From NCBI RefSeq assembly GCF_006345805.1, contig NC_043022.1, forward strand, positions 4,030,001 to 4,094,000: a DNA stretch of 64,000 bases, in the 5' to 3' direction. This document shows, one piece after another, positions 63,401 to 64,000 of this stretch. Below the pieces are notes generated by a model, which was not told the origin of the DNA, made no database searches, and saw nothing but the letters and a program-made list of their open reading frames with translations. This DNA comes from Octopus sinensis (taxonomy: Eukaryota). The position numbers and the translations under genes were made by a program. Positions within the stretch are counted from its first letter, which is position 1. Each line of letters opens with the position of its first letter.

Positions 63401-64000
63401 CCACAGGCTGCGCTTGTGGCAAGGATTTGAAACTGTTTTTATAATCCTCCTTATTACAAATATCCACTTTTCCATGCCTGCACGAGGACATTAGTCGAGG
63501 CAGATTTTCTACGACTGGTTGCTATTCTTGTCACCCACCTATTTCCAAGTAGATCTAGCTTTCACAGAAGACCAGAAACTTGTGAGAACAGTGGTACTTG
63601 TTTACAACATGATGCACTATCAAAACAAGGAAACACACACACACACAAACACAATGGGCTTCTTTCAGTTTCCCGATCCCCTTACAAGGCTTTTGTTGAC
63701 CTGGGGCTACAATAGATGACACTTGCCCAAGGTGCCATGCAGAAAGACTGAACCCAGAAACATGCGGTTGAGAAAAAAACTTACAATCTATACAATGTTA
63801 TAATGCAGAACCTTTTAGCATTTAAACTGACCATATCCGGCCAAAATATTCTGTTTTTTGTATGTTAAAACTGGACTGATCCAACATCTCACACCTACCC
63901 TACAATGTCACTCCCTTTCACTGGGAGTGTGTGTGTGTGACTAAATACTAATGCAACTTGATGTGACAGACCCAAAATGCAAAACTGGGAACCCACACAT

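Overview
Eukaryotic, AT-rich, microsatellite- and SINE-dense DNA. The repeat families look like those of octopod cephalopods, probably Octopus (my recognition, not a database result). Two spliced protein-coding genes can be rebuilt from splice sites, phase continuity and recognisable motifs, both on the minus strand. (1) The 3' part of an Atrophin/RERE (Grunge) ortholog: 8 coding exons between 62733 and 30128, about 456 aa, with the 5' part beyond the window end. A TE-free, U-rich region of about 6.7 kb follows the stop codon and is probably its 3'UTR. (2) A C22orf39/PANTS (UPF0545) ortholog: exons 8745-8700, 6695-6577 and 4462-4232, with an uncertain first exon. Two weak + strand candidate exons lie near the left end. 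The rest is a transposon mosaic: at least four SINE families; CR1, RTE, Tx1/L1 and R4/Dong LINE fragments; mariner and hAT relics; piggyBac-, hAT-, Tc1- and Merlin-like MITEs; a Helitron 3' end; and two Penelope-like relics carrying hammerhead-ribozyme-like motifs. No prokaryotic features, CRISPR arrays, rRNA or genuine tRNA genes were seen. I found no clearly new biological system. The best leads are the hammerhead-like motifs, a candidate alternative last exon of RERE with a duplicated, acceptor-dead copy, paired in-frame alternative donors, the long 3'UTR, and foldback structures beside exons that could be ADAR substrates.
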